A stretch of DNA of 64,000 bases, taken from assembly GCA_963575745.1 (NCBI GenBank), contig CAUYUJ010000070.1:434001-498000 (forward strand). Direction: 5' to 3'. Both the position numbers and the translations under genes were made by a program. This DNA is from Prorocentrum cordatum. Its lineage: Eukaryota. Position 1 is the stretch's first letter, and the number at the start of each line of letters is the position of its first letter. Under the pieces are notes generated by a model. The model made no database searches. It saw only the letters and a list, made by a program, of their open reading frames with translations, and was not told the DNA's origin. Positions 38,220-49,950 of this stretch are shown here, in pieces.

Positions 38220-39716
38220 GGAGAGGAGGAGGAGGAGGAGGAGGAGGAGGAGGAGGAGGAGGAGAAGGACGACGACGAGGTGGAGGAGAAGGAGGAGGGG
38301 GAGGTAGGGGAGGCTGATGAGGAGGAGGAAAAGGAAGGGTGGAGAAAGGGGAGGGGGAAGGAGGAGGTGGAGGAGGACGACGACGACAAGAACGAGGACG
38401 ACGCCGACGAGGAGGAGGAGGAGGAGGAGGAGGCTGAGGAGGAGGAGGGGAAGGAGTGGGAGGGTCTTGAAGGTCCTGATGATGAGGCCTATGTCTGTGA
38501 GCCCTGGCACGCCGGCCACGCTGCCTCAGCCCTTGCCGAAGAAGCGGAGGCCGAGCCCCGAGGGACCCACACGATGCGAAATGATCATCGATTGCCGAGC
38601 CCGGTGGCCCAGCAGCACCACCCCGATGGGCTAAACTGCGGAACAGCCAAACCCTGGAGAAAGGGGATGGGGAGGAGGAAGAGGAGGAGCAGAGGAGGAC
38701 GAGGATGAGTAGCACTGGCCGAAGAAGAGAGAGCGGACACGACGCGAGCAAGGGAAGAGAAGGACGAGGATGAGCACGATGAGGAAGAGGAGGGGGAGGC
38801 GGAGCAGGAGGAGGAGAGGAGGAGGAGGAGGAGGAGGAGGAGGAGGGAGGAGGCGAGAGGAGGAGGAGGAGGAGGAGGAGAGAGGAGGAGGAGGAGGAGT
38901 GCACTGACACACAAGAAGGAGGAGGAAGGAGAGGAGAGAATGGAGATGTGGAGGTGGAGGAGTGGGGGAACAAAAGGGGGAGGAGGGGGGGGAGGAAGGG
39001 GAAAGGGGAAGGGGGAGGAGGGAGGGGAAGGGAAGGGAGAGAGGAAGGGAGGAGAAGGGGGGGAGGAGGAGAGGAGGAGGAGGAGGGAGGAGGAGGAAAA
39101 AAAGGAGGAGAGGAGGAGGAGAAGCAGCATAGGAGGAGGAGGAGAGGAGGAGGAGGAGAAAAGGAAAAAGGAGGGAGGGAGGAGGAGGAGGAGCAGGAGG
39201 AGGGGGAGCAGAAGCGGGAGGAGAAAGATGAGGAGGAGGAGGACGAGGAGGAGGAGGGAGGAAGGAGGAGAGGAGGAGAGGGAGGAGGGAGGAGAGAGAG
39301 GAGGAGGAGGAGGAGAGGAAAGGCGGAGGAAAGGAGAAGTGGAGGCGGGGGGGGGGGGGGGAGGGCGAGGGCAGAGTGGGGAGGAGAATGAGGGGGGCTG
39401 CAGACATGGGAGGAGGAGGAGGAAGAGGAGAGGAGGACGAGGAGGAGGAGAGGGAGGAGAAGGAGGAAAGTTAAAGACGGGTGTGACCCCCTGACACGCA
39501 CCTAGAAGGTGTTCTTGTCACGATGAGAGTCGCCACTTTGAAAGACGAGCGCCGCATGGGCGTCCTATTCAGGCGGGGAGGAGGAGGAGGAGGAGGAGGA
39601 GGAGAAGGAGGAGGACGAGGACGAGGGAAAGGAGGGGGAGGAGGAGAGGAAGGGGAAGGAGGAGGAAGAGGAGGAGGAGGGGATTGGGACAGGGAGGAGG
39701 GGGAGGAGGGGCAGGC

Positions 39717-39754
<38 letters not shown>

Positions 39755-39761
39755 CTGATGC

Positions 39762-39825
<64 letters not shown>

Positions 39826-40090
39826 GATGATGATGAGGTTGATGCTGATGATGATGATGATGCTGATGGTGATGATGATGGTGGTGATAATGGTGATGCT
39901 GATGATGATTATGATGATGAGGATGATGAGGAGGATACTGATGATGACGATGCGGATGATGCTGCGAATGATGATGAGGACGTAGATGAGGATGAGGATG
40001 AGGATCGAGAAGAGTAGGAGGAAGAGAAGGAGGAGAAGGAGGAGGAGGAGGAGGAGGGGGAAGGAGGAGGAGGAGGAGGAGGAGGAGGAG
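38220..40090. repeat. Long GGA-rich polypurine tract with a (GAT)n block at 39718-40005
   Basis: Direct reading. Confidence 0.95.
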
Positions 40091-40116
40091 CGCACGGTCA
40101 CTGGGGCAATCGTGTC

Positions 40117-43100
40117 TTAGTGCCTGAGAAGAGCTGCATGACGCGTTGATCGGTGATGATCCGAATTGCCGAACAAGTGTGGGGTTACAGCTAGTTCGGC
40201 GCGGGTCGCATGGAATACACAGTATGCAAGAGCAGTCAGGTAATGGGCAATCTCTGGCGTGAGACCTGTGCCCTCATATTCCTCCTCCGACCCAAGGCCA
40301 AGCCAAAGGATGGGGGCGGCGGTGGGAATGTGAAGACGCGGGAGAGCAATCAAGTGGAGCAAGCGAGGACAGGAGAGGTAGTGGACGAGGGAGTCAGGAC
40401 AGGATGGGCAGCCAAGTGTGCAGGGCACGGGAGTAAGGATCTTCACTCTGTGGCCGATGATCCAGCCTCCTGCCAAAGTCTTCAGGTGGGCCCAGAACTT
40501 CGAGGGTGGGCGATTTGGCGAGGACACCTGTGAGCCTCTCCCAACGGGCCTGGAGCTCTGGCAATGACGGGACCTGCTCCTGATCAAACTATGCCAGGAG
40601 ACGTCTGTGCACAAGCTCTGCTCCTGCAGCACGATGCCGAACGGCGTCGGTGGGCGCCGCGATCGCGTCGGCAATCCCACGGGCAGGGAAAGGCAGAGAG
40701 ACAGGACAGGGATAAGACATACCAGTGGCAAAAGAGCGGTAATACTGGAGAATGCCGCGGTGATTGCGCCAGCAGCCTGGTGATAGCAGGGCTTGTCGAA
40801 CCCTGAGGTGCACGCCGTGAACGTCCGCCCCCTCCCACCACCAGTCCAACCAAGCCTCCCATTCCCTTGGGGTCAAGGCACTCGCTCTCCATGCAGTGGC
40901 TGTAGCATACACTGTCACGCTTGTCTGAGTGGCCGAGCGCAGCCACTGACGAAAACCAAAGAAATCTCTGAGAGCAAATGAGCTGGGTGGAAGGCGGAGC
41001 AGCTTGTTGAGAGCAGAATATTATTTTCGGCGTAGCTGCTCGCACAGTGGAAAGAACTGGGCTAGATAGCCAAGCACAGACATGCACATGCATTCATACA
41101 GTCCGATGGCTGCCTCGGACGGAGAACGTGACCATGTTATCTCCAAGACTCGGCTCCACCATGTCTGGCCTGCCTCTCGCCGCTGGTCTGCGAGCGTCGC
41201 TTCGGGCCCTGTCTTCACTCCGAGGTACTTGACCCATCCAGCAATCTGAAAACAGGGCCAAGCCGGGACGAGAGCATGTATTTTGGCAGCAAACTCTTCT
41301 TTCACCTCATTCGCGCAAGCAACCGCCAATGAGACAACCACACATTTGGCAACCTGGGGGGCGAGGCCAGCGAGGAGCTGAGCATGTTGAAAGGTGGGAA
41401 AGAGCGCTGGCAACTGCTGAATGGAGGTCGGGACGACCCCTACATCATCGGCACAAGCTCCCAAGGTTGCGGCCCCGGTCGGGGAAGCGAGAGGCGAGGT
41501 GGCGGAGGAGGGGATCAAAGCCCAGCGCCCAGAGAGAGCCAGAGAGGGGGCAACCTTGGGGAACCCCCGCCGCAATTACAAACATGGGAACAACTTCCGA
41601 GCCAATCGCCAAGTGAGCCAAAGCACCTGCTGAGAGGGAGCGCATGGCAAACAGGAAACTTCTGGGGAAGCAGCACCTCTCCAGAACGTGCCTGAGCCAG
41701 GTCTGACTCATGCTGGGGAAGGCCGCCCGAATATCGACACTGAAAAACAGCGGGTCTGTCTCCTCATTAACCACGCCCGCACGACGAGCAGCAGTGTCCA
41801 TTCGGAGAATATTGCGGCCTAGGTTGCGTCCTTCGACGAATCCCTGTTGGAGTAAGTGAGTCTTCGTGACCACACAGTGTCGCGGCTGTCAGTTGAGCGT
41901 CGATGCAAGCAGCAATTTGCCGTCTGTGGTTTTAAGCGACAGTGGGCGGGGGGGTCCTGGACCCCTGGCGCAATCGATCACACCTCGAGCTTCCTCACCT
42001 TCTGGCATGAAAGCGAGCAGACTATGATTCAGGCCAGGCGGCGGGGGGCGGCCACCCATGAGGTGGAGGAGGGGGCGATGCAGGACGAGGTGGCAGGAGG
42101 GGTGGCCCTTCCACGCGGCATATGGGAGTCTGTCTGGGCCTGGGGCTGAGTCTCTAGATCGGCTTAGGCAGTTTCGCATTTCTTCCAAGGACGGGGGATG
42201 GACAGCAAAGGGGGAGGAGAAGAAGAATATGGTCCAGGAAGGCCGAAATCTCCCTCTCAGGCCTGGGCGCCTCTGGAAAAATTGGCCCCCTGTGGTTTCG
42301 AAGCGCCTCGGCGATGGGGGTTGGGCCTCGGACCACCTCATCGGTCTCATCGCCTACCTGAGAGACTTTCACCCCTTTCAGCACCAGGCGACGCTGACGA
42401 GGGCGCCAAAGCAGGGCACGGCGGAGCGACGCAGTCTGAACCTTTCCCCCTTTCCCCGCTGCTGAACCTCCTGGGAATTAGGGCGCATGCGTGAAAGAGC
42501 CTGGACCTGAACTTCCTCGCGCCTGCGGGAGTTCTGCAGGGTGACCTCCTCACGGAAGCTCTTTTCTTCTTTCAGTATAACTCTCTTGCCAACAATGAGA
42601 AGGCATTCCTGCCCATACTCAGACGATTCCTGGATGCGAGCTGCCGTTAAAAGATCCTGGCGCCAGATCGTTCGAGCAATCGATCGGAGGGCCAGACAGC
42701 TAGCCTCAAGATTGTCATTACCGCCTACTCCCTTGGGGTATTTTAAAAGCTCTCTACGAGTGACTGTCGCGGCTACCATCATATTTTCTCTGAGCAGGGA
42801 CCAGGCCTCGGAGGGGGCGAGAATCGAGATCGCAGCCGGCCTGACAATTGCTCAAAAATTCAGAAAACCTGCGGTGCTGAAAGATGAACGACGGGATTCC
42901 CCGCTGTCCCTTTGGGGCGGCCGCACGAGGCTTCAGAGTGAGACGGGTGATCGCGTGATCGCTGATATGGCAATCAGCGAGCTCTGACGCCTCCTGAATA
43001 ATGTCAAATGTCGTTTCAGTTTCGGGGAGGAAGTGAGGAGAGGGGGAGACGAAAGCCCGATCGATCGAGGACAGCGACGAGGTGGAGCGAGAGAAGTGGG

Positions 43101-43780
43101 CGGGGGGGTCTGTCGACACCTCGGTCATCTGACCGTTGAAGAAGCCTTGCCAAAAGGCAACGTGGTGGTCTGCACGACCTGCCTGGGAGAGACGGGCCTG
43201 CCTCGGCTCAGGAAACAGCTGCGAGTCGTTCAGGTTGTCGGACACATTGAAGTCGCCGGTCGCCGCCGCCAGTCCGTGTGTTTCGTCCTCCCGTGCCCGA
43301 TTGGCGTTGTCCTGCCAAACAGACATTAAGGCCGCGCGCCCCTCTGGCTTTAGCTCATAGTTGTGCGCGTTGATGACCCTGATCTCTATGCCACTGACTG
43401 GGTTGGATGTAGCAACCGAGAGAGCCCGCGCCCTGGCCAGTCTCCGCGAGACGGTCTTCGGCCAGGAATGCCGCGGGATCTTGCTGAGAGAGTTCCCTGG
43501 GTGCAACGGGGCCAGGATGGCAGCTCCTCCCGTGCCAGGGGAGTCGCCCATAGTGGTGTAGATCTTGACCTCGATGGTGTACTTTCGCATAAGGTTATTG
43601 AGCGCCTCGTGAGTGCCATGGACTTCTTGCAGGCACACAATAGCTCCCCGCTTCAACTGTTCGACAACTCTGGCCAGCTTCATGCGCCTCCGCCGGCGGT
43701 CTCGGCATTGGAGGGCAGCAGCATTCCACGAGACGATCTGGTGCCCCTGCCCACCAGGCTCTAGGTCCCACGGGCGCCAC
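40117..43780 (-). pseudogene. LINE ORF2: APE endonuclease, reverse transcriptase and CCHC knuckle, with several frameshifts and stops
   Basis: EN motifs SWNAAAL, VCLQEVH, TGDFN, SIDRAF, ISDH. RT motifs SAPGPDRLPY, RPLSL, QQGFVEGR, DIRAAFPSM, GVPQGCPLSG, CADDV, KYLG. C-terminal CTLGCPSCPDSLVHYLSC. Confidence 0.95.
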
Positions 43781-43786
43781 TTCCCA

Positions 43787-45076
43787 TCAGGAACATGACC
43801 ATGTGGACGTGGGCACCTCCCTGAAGAGCTGGTGGAACGCCTGGCTGATCTGCTCCTTGTTGATGTTGCACTGCGCATTCGCCACGGGCCCCCACGCGAG
43901 CTTGGACGCGTCGTTGGGCGCAGCCCCAGGGACGACCTCCACCAGGGGCAGGTCGCCGCAGCACACCAATCCAAGCTGACGTTTAGACCACCATTCTGCA
44001 TTTGGTAGGGCACGCTGTAGTAGTTGCTGTATTTTTTGGGTTTGAACTTCGCGACGTATGTGCTTTGGATTGCGATCGGGTCCGATGTATAATTTAATTC
44101 CGCAGCCATCAACTCCAGTCGCACTGAACTTGCGCCACTTACCTGTCGGATCTCGTTGCGCACGAACCAAAGCCTGGGCGCGAATGGTGCCAGCTTCACC
44201 ACCAGGACAGTGCAACGCAAACCTTTTGCCAGGTGCATCTGGGCAAATGATTTCGACATGTTCCTTCTTGACTTTTGCATGATCGAGCCACTCCGACAGG
44301 CCTTCGAGAAAATCCTCCTCTGTGACGTCCGTCTCGGAATTAGTGCTGAAGAGGCGCGGGTTGGTCTCGCGGTCCCAAGTGGCAAGCCTGGCAACGTCGG
44401 TGCTTTCCGAAGGTGCCGCCGACTCCGCCATGGCCAGCGACTGTTGCATGCGGTGGACCTCACGGCGTAGATTCTATTGTTCTGCCTCCAGGGCGCTGGC
44501 GCGGTCCTGGACGCCGCGCGCGTCTGCCTCGGCCGTGGTAATCCTGGCGACTGTGGGCGCCAAATGTGTCTGTACTGCACTTGCGATGTCATGCTGAATG
44601 TTCGCCATGGCGCTGCCCACTGCGGCACCGATGAAATTCTGGAGCTCCCCTTGAATATGTGTGAACTGGGCTCCAATTGCCAGTGTGATTCGTTGTTCCA
44701 GCGGGACGTCTTGTGGAAGCGACCCGAGCGCTGCTGTCTGGCTGGTAGCACCTGACACTGTTCTACCTGCTTGGAAGGCGGCAGTAGCACCACGTCCTCT
44801 GGCTGGGTCGTCCTGGAGGGGTCTAACTCCTGCCCAGCGCGAGTCCTCGTATTACCCCCCGCGGTGCCATGGCTCACGATGATGCACTGAGTCGGGACCA
44901 CGCTCCTGTGTCGGGAATGTGTTTGGTGTCCATCCAACGCAGCCATCTTCATCGGCAGCTGCAGCGCCCGCCCTAGCAGCAGCACGGCGATCACCACGAT
45001 CATCACTGCGACTACGTTGACCTGGGGCAGCTGGCTGCGAGGGCCTGCCGCCATCAGGGAGCGCCTGCGCAGGCAT
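43787..45076 (-). pseudogene. LINE ORF1 (about 430 codons, coiled-coil-like middle) with two in-frame stops
   Basis: ORF-track pieces 44852..45382, 44474..44758 and 43787..44449 share one frame. Probable ATG at 45076; stops at 44852 and 44474; lies directly upstream of ORF2. Confidence 0.8.
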
Positions 45077-45258
45077 GCCAGACTGTGACTGCGTGCGGGT
45101 GCCCAACTCCCGCAATGAAGGCAGAAGGTTGCTCACCCGACTGACTGGGCCGCAACACCTGCTGGGCCGAATCAGCAGGCTCAAAGCAATTGAGGACTGG
45201 CCGCGGACTGGCGGTATCCGTTTCGCCTGGAGGCTGAACAGCCCCCCAGAGGAGCAGC

Positions 45259-45295
45259 CTTGAGCCAAAATGGCTTGAGCCAAAATGGCTACGGA
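45259..45295 (-). other. Dinoflagellate spliced leader (22 nt, 45274-45295) followed by a 15-nt relict SL (45259-45273)
   Basis: Minus strand reads TCCGTAGCCATTTTGGCTCAAG CCATTTTGGCTCAAG, an exact match to DinoSL DCCGTAGCCATTTTGGCTCAAG. Confidence 0.98.
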
Positions 45296-45654
45296 AGGAG
45301 GAGGAGGAGGCGGAGGGCCAGTGTAAACCCAAGAGCCATCAACGAAGTTGGAATACACCCTCCCTCCAAGCTCCCTCCTCATAGGCCCCTACAACGGTTC
45401 ATTTCCATTGAGGGGTCTGCCTCGTTGGATGACAACCGATTGAAGACCTGGAAGCATCGTTATCGGGATTCCAACGCCACGGATCAACCTGACTGTTGCG
45501 TCTTGACGATCCTAGATCGTGACAGAACGCCATTATTCGGATTTCAACATCGCGAACCAACGTAACTGCTGCACCCGCAAACCCTGAATCCTTCCAACAC
45601 ACGCTTTCTGGTGCGCTGATCGTGGGGCCCCATGAAACTCTTGCACATGGTATG

Positions 45655-46055
45655 AACGAATGTGCGCGGCGCTAAGGCGAGACCCACAGTGTGAAACAGA
45701 ACCGCCCCCAACCCATGAATATCTTGTAAGTGCTTAGAACGGGTGCGCGCGGCGCTAAGGCGAGAACCACATTTTGAAAACGGGCGACCCTCAATCCGTG
45801 AAACTTTTGTAAACGTTTGAAATGAATGCGCGCGGCGCTGAAGCGAGAGCAGCATTCTACAAACTGGTGATCCTCAATCCGTGAAGCTCTTGGTATTGGT
45901 TAGAACGAATGTGCGCGGCGCTGAAGCGAGAGCCACATTTTGAAAACGGGTTGTCTTCAATCCGTGAAGCTCTTGCTACTGTTTACAAAGAATGTGCGCG
46001 GCGCAAAAGCGAGAGCGACATGTTGAAAACCACCCGCCCTCCATTTGTGAAGCTG
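45655..46055. repeat. ~83-bp tandem repeat, about 5 copies
   Basis: gcgcggcgct(a/g)a(g/a)gcgaga...tcaatccgtgaa recurs near 45660, 45743, 45826, 45909 and 45991. Confidence 0.85.
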
Positions 46056-46223
46056 CGGCCACTTTTATAGCTTCAGAATCATAAATGGTGGGGAAATCTC
46101 AGGCGAAACGCCCGACCCGCCCTAAAAACTGGTTTCGGGGTGCGACAGGGAGAAGTTAGTTATAAAGAAAAGGAATAGAGGAGGAGGAGGAGGAGGAGGA
46201 GGAGGAGGAGGAGGAGGAGGAGG

Positions 46224-46255
<32 letters not shown>

Positions 46256-46579
46256 AGAGCAGGAGCAGCAGGAGGGGGGGAAGGGGGGGGGGGGAGGAGG
46301 GGGGGAGGGAGAGGGGGAGGGGGAAGAGGTTGGGGGGAGGAAAGAGTCCCACGAGGCCTCCAGGCGGGCGACAGCGCCACGCTCTTTCGCCCGCGACGGC
46401 GCACCGCGGGAGCGGCGTTCGCCCCAGCGCGCACGCGTCGGCGCGCCTAAGGGGGAGGAGGAGGAGGAGGAGGAGGAGGAGGAGGAGGAGGAGGAGGAGG
46501 AGTCAGGGAGAAGGAGGAGGAGGAGGAGGAAAAGGAGGAGGAAAAGGAGGAGAAGTAGGAGGAGGAGCGGGCAGGGCCC

Positions 46580-49330
46580 TGCCACCACCGCAGTCCGCCT
46601 CATCCTCCTCAAGCCCATGGATGATATGTTCAAGCTGTGCTCGTGTATCCAGGCCGCTGTATTTGTCGACGATCTCATCCTCCAGAGGCAGGGCGATCAA
46701 GGTTGGGTCGTGCACGACCTCGTTCAGTCATCTCACGCCCTTGCTGATTTTTGGGTTGAGCAGTGTCTGTCTGCCTCTCGCAAGAAAACAGCTGTCCTTG
46801 CCAACCTCCCCAAGGTCAGCCTGCGCGCCCTGGGGGGGAAGGCAAAGACAGCTGAACGCAACCCCGGGATCGATGTTTCCTCTGGGCGGCATGTTTCCGC
46901 TCTTGTCCGCGGTGGCCGTATCAAGCTTGCGCGTGCGAGGGTCCCTAGGGCCAAGAACTGCCATGTCAAAGGCGCGCAGGCTCGAGCCACTCAGAGGCTC
47001 GCCAAAGCGGGGCTGCAGGCCTCCTTCCAGCATGGGGTCGATTGCACTGGCCTCACGAATCAACAGTTCAGCCACGCTCGCGCTACCGTGCTTCAAGCGT
47101 GCGAGCCTCGCACCGCTGTCAAGAGCCGCACGCTCAGCCTCATGCTGCAGGGCCGAGGCCAGCTCGATCCCGCGTTCAGGGCCTCGGCCCTCTGGCAAGG
47201 CTCGCTACCTAAGCGCGTCCTTGCCTCCGTGCGCAACTAGGATAGCCAGCACACCAAGTCTTGGGCCAAGGGACCTGGCGGTGCGCTCGTGTTGTCTCTT
47301 GCTCGCCTCGGCTGGACGCTGCAAGAATTTCCTGTGTGGCGTTCGCACAAAGGGGTGCTCGTTGACTTCTCCCAGCTTTGTCCTCACACCATCCTCAAAT
47401 TAATAGAGCAGGCCGTCGAAGCGTGGCAGTGGTCTGAGGTGGCCGCAGTCGAGGGCCTCGAGCATCTGCGTGCCGGGTGCAACTTTGACCTCCTGCGCCG
47501 CCTCGCCTCTCGAGGGCAGCCTCCTCGCGCCCTGGCCGAAGTGTTTCGCACGCTGCAAGTGAGCGAGAGAGCTTACCGCCGCAGTGTTCTTGTCAACAGG
47601 CAGTGACCCATGCTGCGCAAAGCCGCTGTCGGCAACGCTTCCTCAGCTGCCTGTTTGAAGTGTCAGGCGCCGCGAGGCTCTCTTTGGCACCGCCATGTGT
47701 TGTGCAGGTCATCGTAGCCCGAGCTCGTGCCGCGGGAAAACTTGCCTCCCATCGTCAATATCGTGGAAAGGTGTATCTGGCCTCTCCCCCTCCACTCCTT
47801 CCAACCTGGGCTCTCGTGCCCATCAGCGATGGCCCTGGCTCCCCGCAGCGTCAATGCCGAGGTGACTGGTCTCCTGTGCGAGCCGTTGCCCGATATCGAC
47901 GGGGTCGAGCTTCTCACTGTCATTTTTGTTCTAGTCCTTTCGCTGCCCCCGATCCACGTTTTTTCGGATTTCGATTTTGTGGTCCGTGGGATCCTGGAGA
48001 AGGGTGAGGCTGCCACGACCCATCCCAGGTCCGCGTGGGCCCATCTTTGGAAGAGATTTTGGAGGCTCCTGGAGGACTTCGGAGGCCTCGGCCAGTCAGG
48101 ACTCCAAGTCTCGAAGGTCAAAGCTCACGCCGCCTTAGCCGACGTCCAGGCTGGCCGTGTGCGCGACATCGACCGCACGGGCAACGCCATGACCGACATG
48201 GCGGCCAAAGAGGCCGTGCGGCCCCACCGCGCCCCGCCCGAGCTGCTCTCCCTCTCTCTTCCAGCAGTCTGATATATTGCGGTCTTTGGATCGCCGGTCT
48301 TTGGATCGCTATGGCGGGCACAGCCGCCGCTGAGCACGACACTACTCACAAGGTTACCTTCGAGCGCTCCGCCCCCACCCTCCAGTTGCACCACCCCAGG
48401 GTGTGCATTCCGTGGTGTCCGTCGGAAGTGCCGTGTCTGCAAGCGCTTGGGAGTTACATCTGGGGGGAGGTGCGGGGGCAGCGTTCTGCCGAGGGCCACC
48501 GCTGCCTCGCGGTCCCTCGTGACTGCTGGGCCCCAGGTGGGGCTGTGAAGCATTGTATCGTTTGTAGTTCTTTTTGGTTGGATGGATGGGCGCGGCGGAG
48601 GCTTCTCATTATTATCATGACTGTATTCACGCCGAAGCTGTTGTTGTACAAGCGTTTTCAGGTCTGGCGCGGGCAAGCGCGCAGCAGGAGGTGCTTACAA
48701 GTTATCTGCCCCGACCTCCCGCCTACACAGAGGCGGCGCCCTGCTGGAAACGCATGCGCTCAAAACGCTGATCTCTCCTTCTGCCTTGACCCCCCTCGCC
48801 CCAATCCTGAGGTCCCTCGTGACTGCTTTGTTTTTACGGCAAGCAAAAAGAGGAGAAGGAGGAATCCGCTGCCCCTCAAAGGAGCTATCCTCAACACCCA
48901 CCGCGACAGAGGCCGACCGCAGGGCACTGAACGCAAAAACATGCAATAGCCCCGGACTCGGGGAACTCGCGAAGGCCGAACTGCGTATCGGGCCGAAAGG
49001 TCCCTCGTGACTGCTGGTCACCGTCCCCACAGGCCCCTGGAGGTCCCTCGTTCCTCTGGTGTCCCTGCCCCCTCCCACCCCGTCGTGGCGTGTGAAGCCT
49101 GCGGGCACAGTGCCGGCAGTCGTGTTCTGGCCCCGCTCCCGGCCCCTTGCAAAGGCAAGCCCAGCGAGCACGGAGGGAGGACTCTGAAGCAGCTGGCCCA
49201 GGGCTTTGTGCCTGGTACCCGCAAGGCTGCCACCTGCTCAACCAGGCGTGTTGAGCTCGTGTAAGTTGTTTGTTATTTTCTCGATTGGCGTTCATGGGTG
49301 ACCATGTTCTTCTGCAGGGTCTCGAGGAAG
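46580..49330 (+). mobile_element. 5'-truncated, decayed LINE: C-terminal half of RT, RNase H, Cys/His-rich end and (GGA)n tail
   Basis: AAVFVDDL and RNPGID in 46617..47240. RNase H motifs HVFSDFDFVV, HLWKRFW, SKVKAH and GNAMTDMAAK in 47727..48272. HPVVACEACG near 49080. GGA run from about 49333. Confidence 0.85.
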
Positions 49331-49769
49331 CGGAGGAGGAGGAGGAGGAGGAGGAGGAGGAGTAGGAGGAAGAGGAGGTTGGAGGAGGAGCAAGAGGAGG
49401 GGGAAGAGGAGGGGGAGGAGGCGGAGGGGGGGAGGACAAGCTAGGTGCGCTCGCGTCACATCTGACGTCCTACCCCTCGCTCCCATCCCTTACTATGGCG
49501 CAGATCTCCTCTCTACTCGCACAATCGGAGGTCGCAGCATGGCATAGCATGGCATGGCATAGCATGGTGTTGAAGATTTACGCGTAGCACGAAATAGCAT
49601 GGCGTGGCGACGCCCCCAAAGCGGGGGGGGCGTCAGCGGCCAAAAAAAAAAAACGAATCGACACCGAATGTGGAATCACTTCCGCTGGATTCTTCGGGAG
49701 GCTATATATTAGATTTTGAGGCTTATGTGGAAGGACCGAAACCATCCGTGGCATGGCATTGGACATAAT

Positions 49770-49950
49770 CACGCCAGCGCTGCAGCGGGGGCACGGTTCC
49801 GAACGAGCGGAAGCCCGAAAATGAAGCCAGCGCTGCAGCGGGAGCACGATGCGGAATGAGCGGAAGCGCGGAAATGAAGCCAACCCTGCAGGGGGAGCAC
49901 GATTGGACGAGCGGAAGCCCGAAAATGAGGCCAGCGCCTCAGCGAGAGCA
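49770..49950. repeat. ~52-bp tandem repeat, about 3.5 copies
   Basis: gccagcgctgcagcggg..cacg...gagcggaagc.cg.aaatga repeated. Confidence 0.8.

Larger units (their letters stand above)
40091..45295 (-). mobile_element. Full-length, decayed APE-type non-LTR retrotransposon (LINE) beginning with the spliced leader
   Basis: In order: SL, 5' UTR, ORF1, ORF2 (EN-RT-zinc knuckle), 26-nt 3' UTR, then (TCC)n. GGA repeats on both flanks. Confidence 0.93.

Noticed and set aside
45259..45295. SL RNA gene
   Set aside because: The SL is followed by a relict SL and the LINE UTR, not by a GT donor and SL intron.
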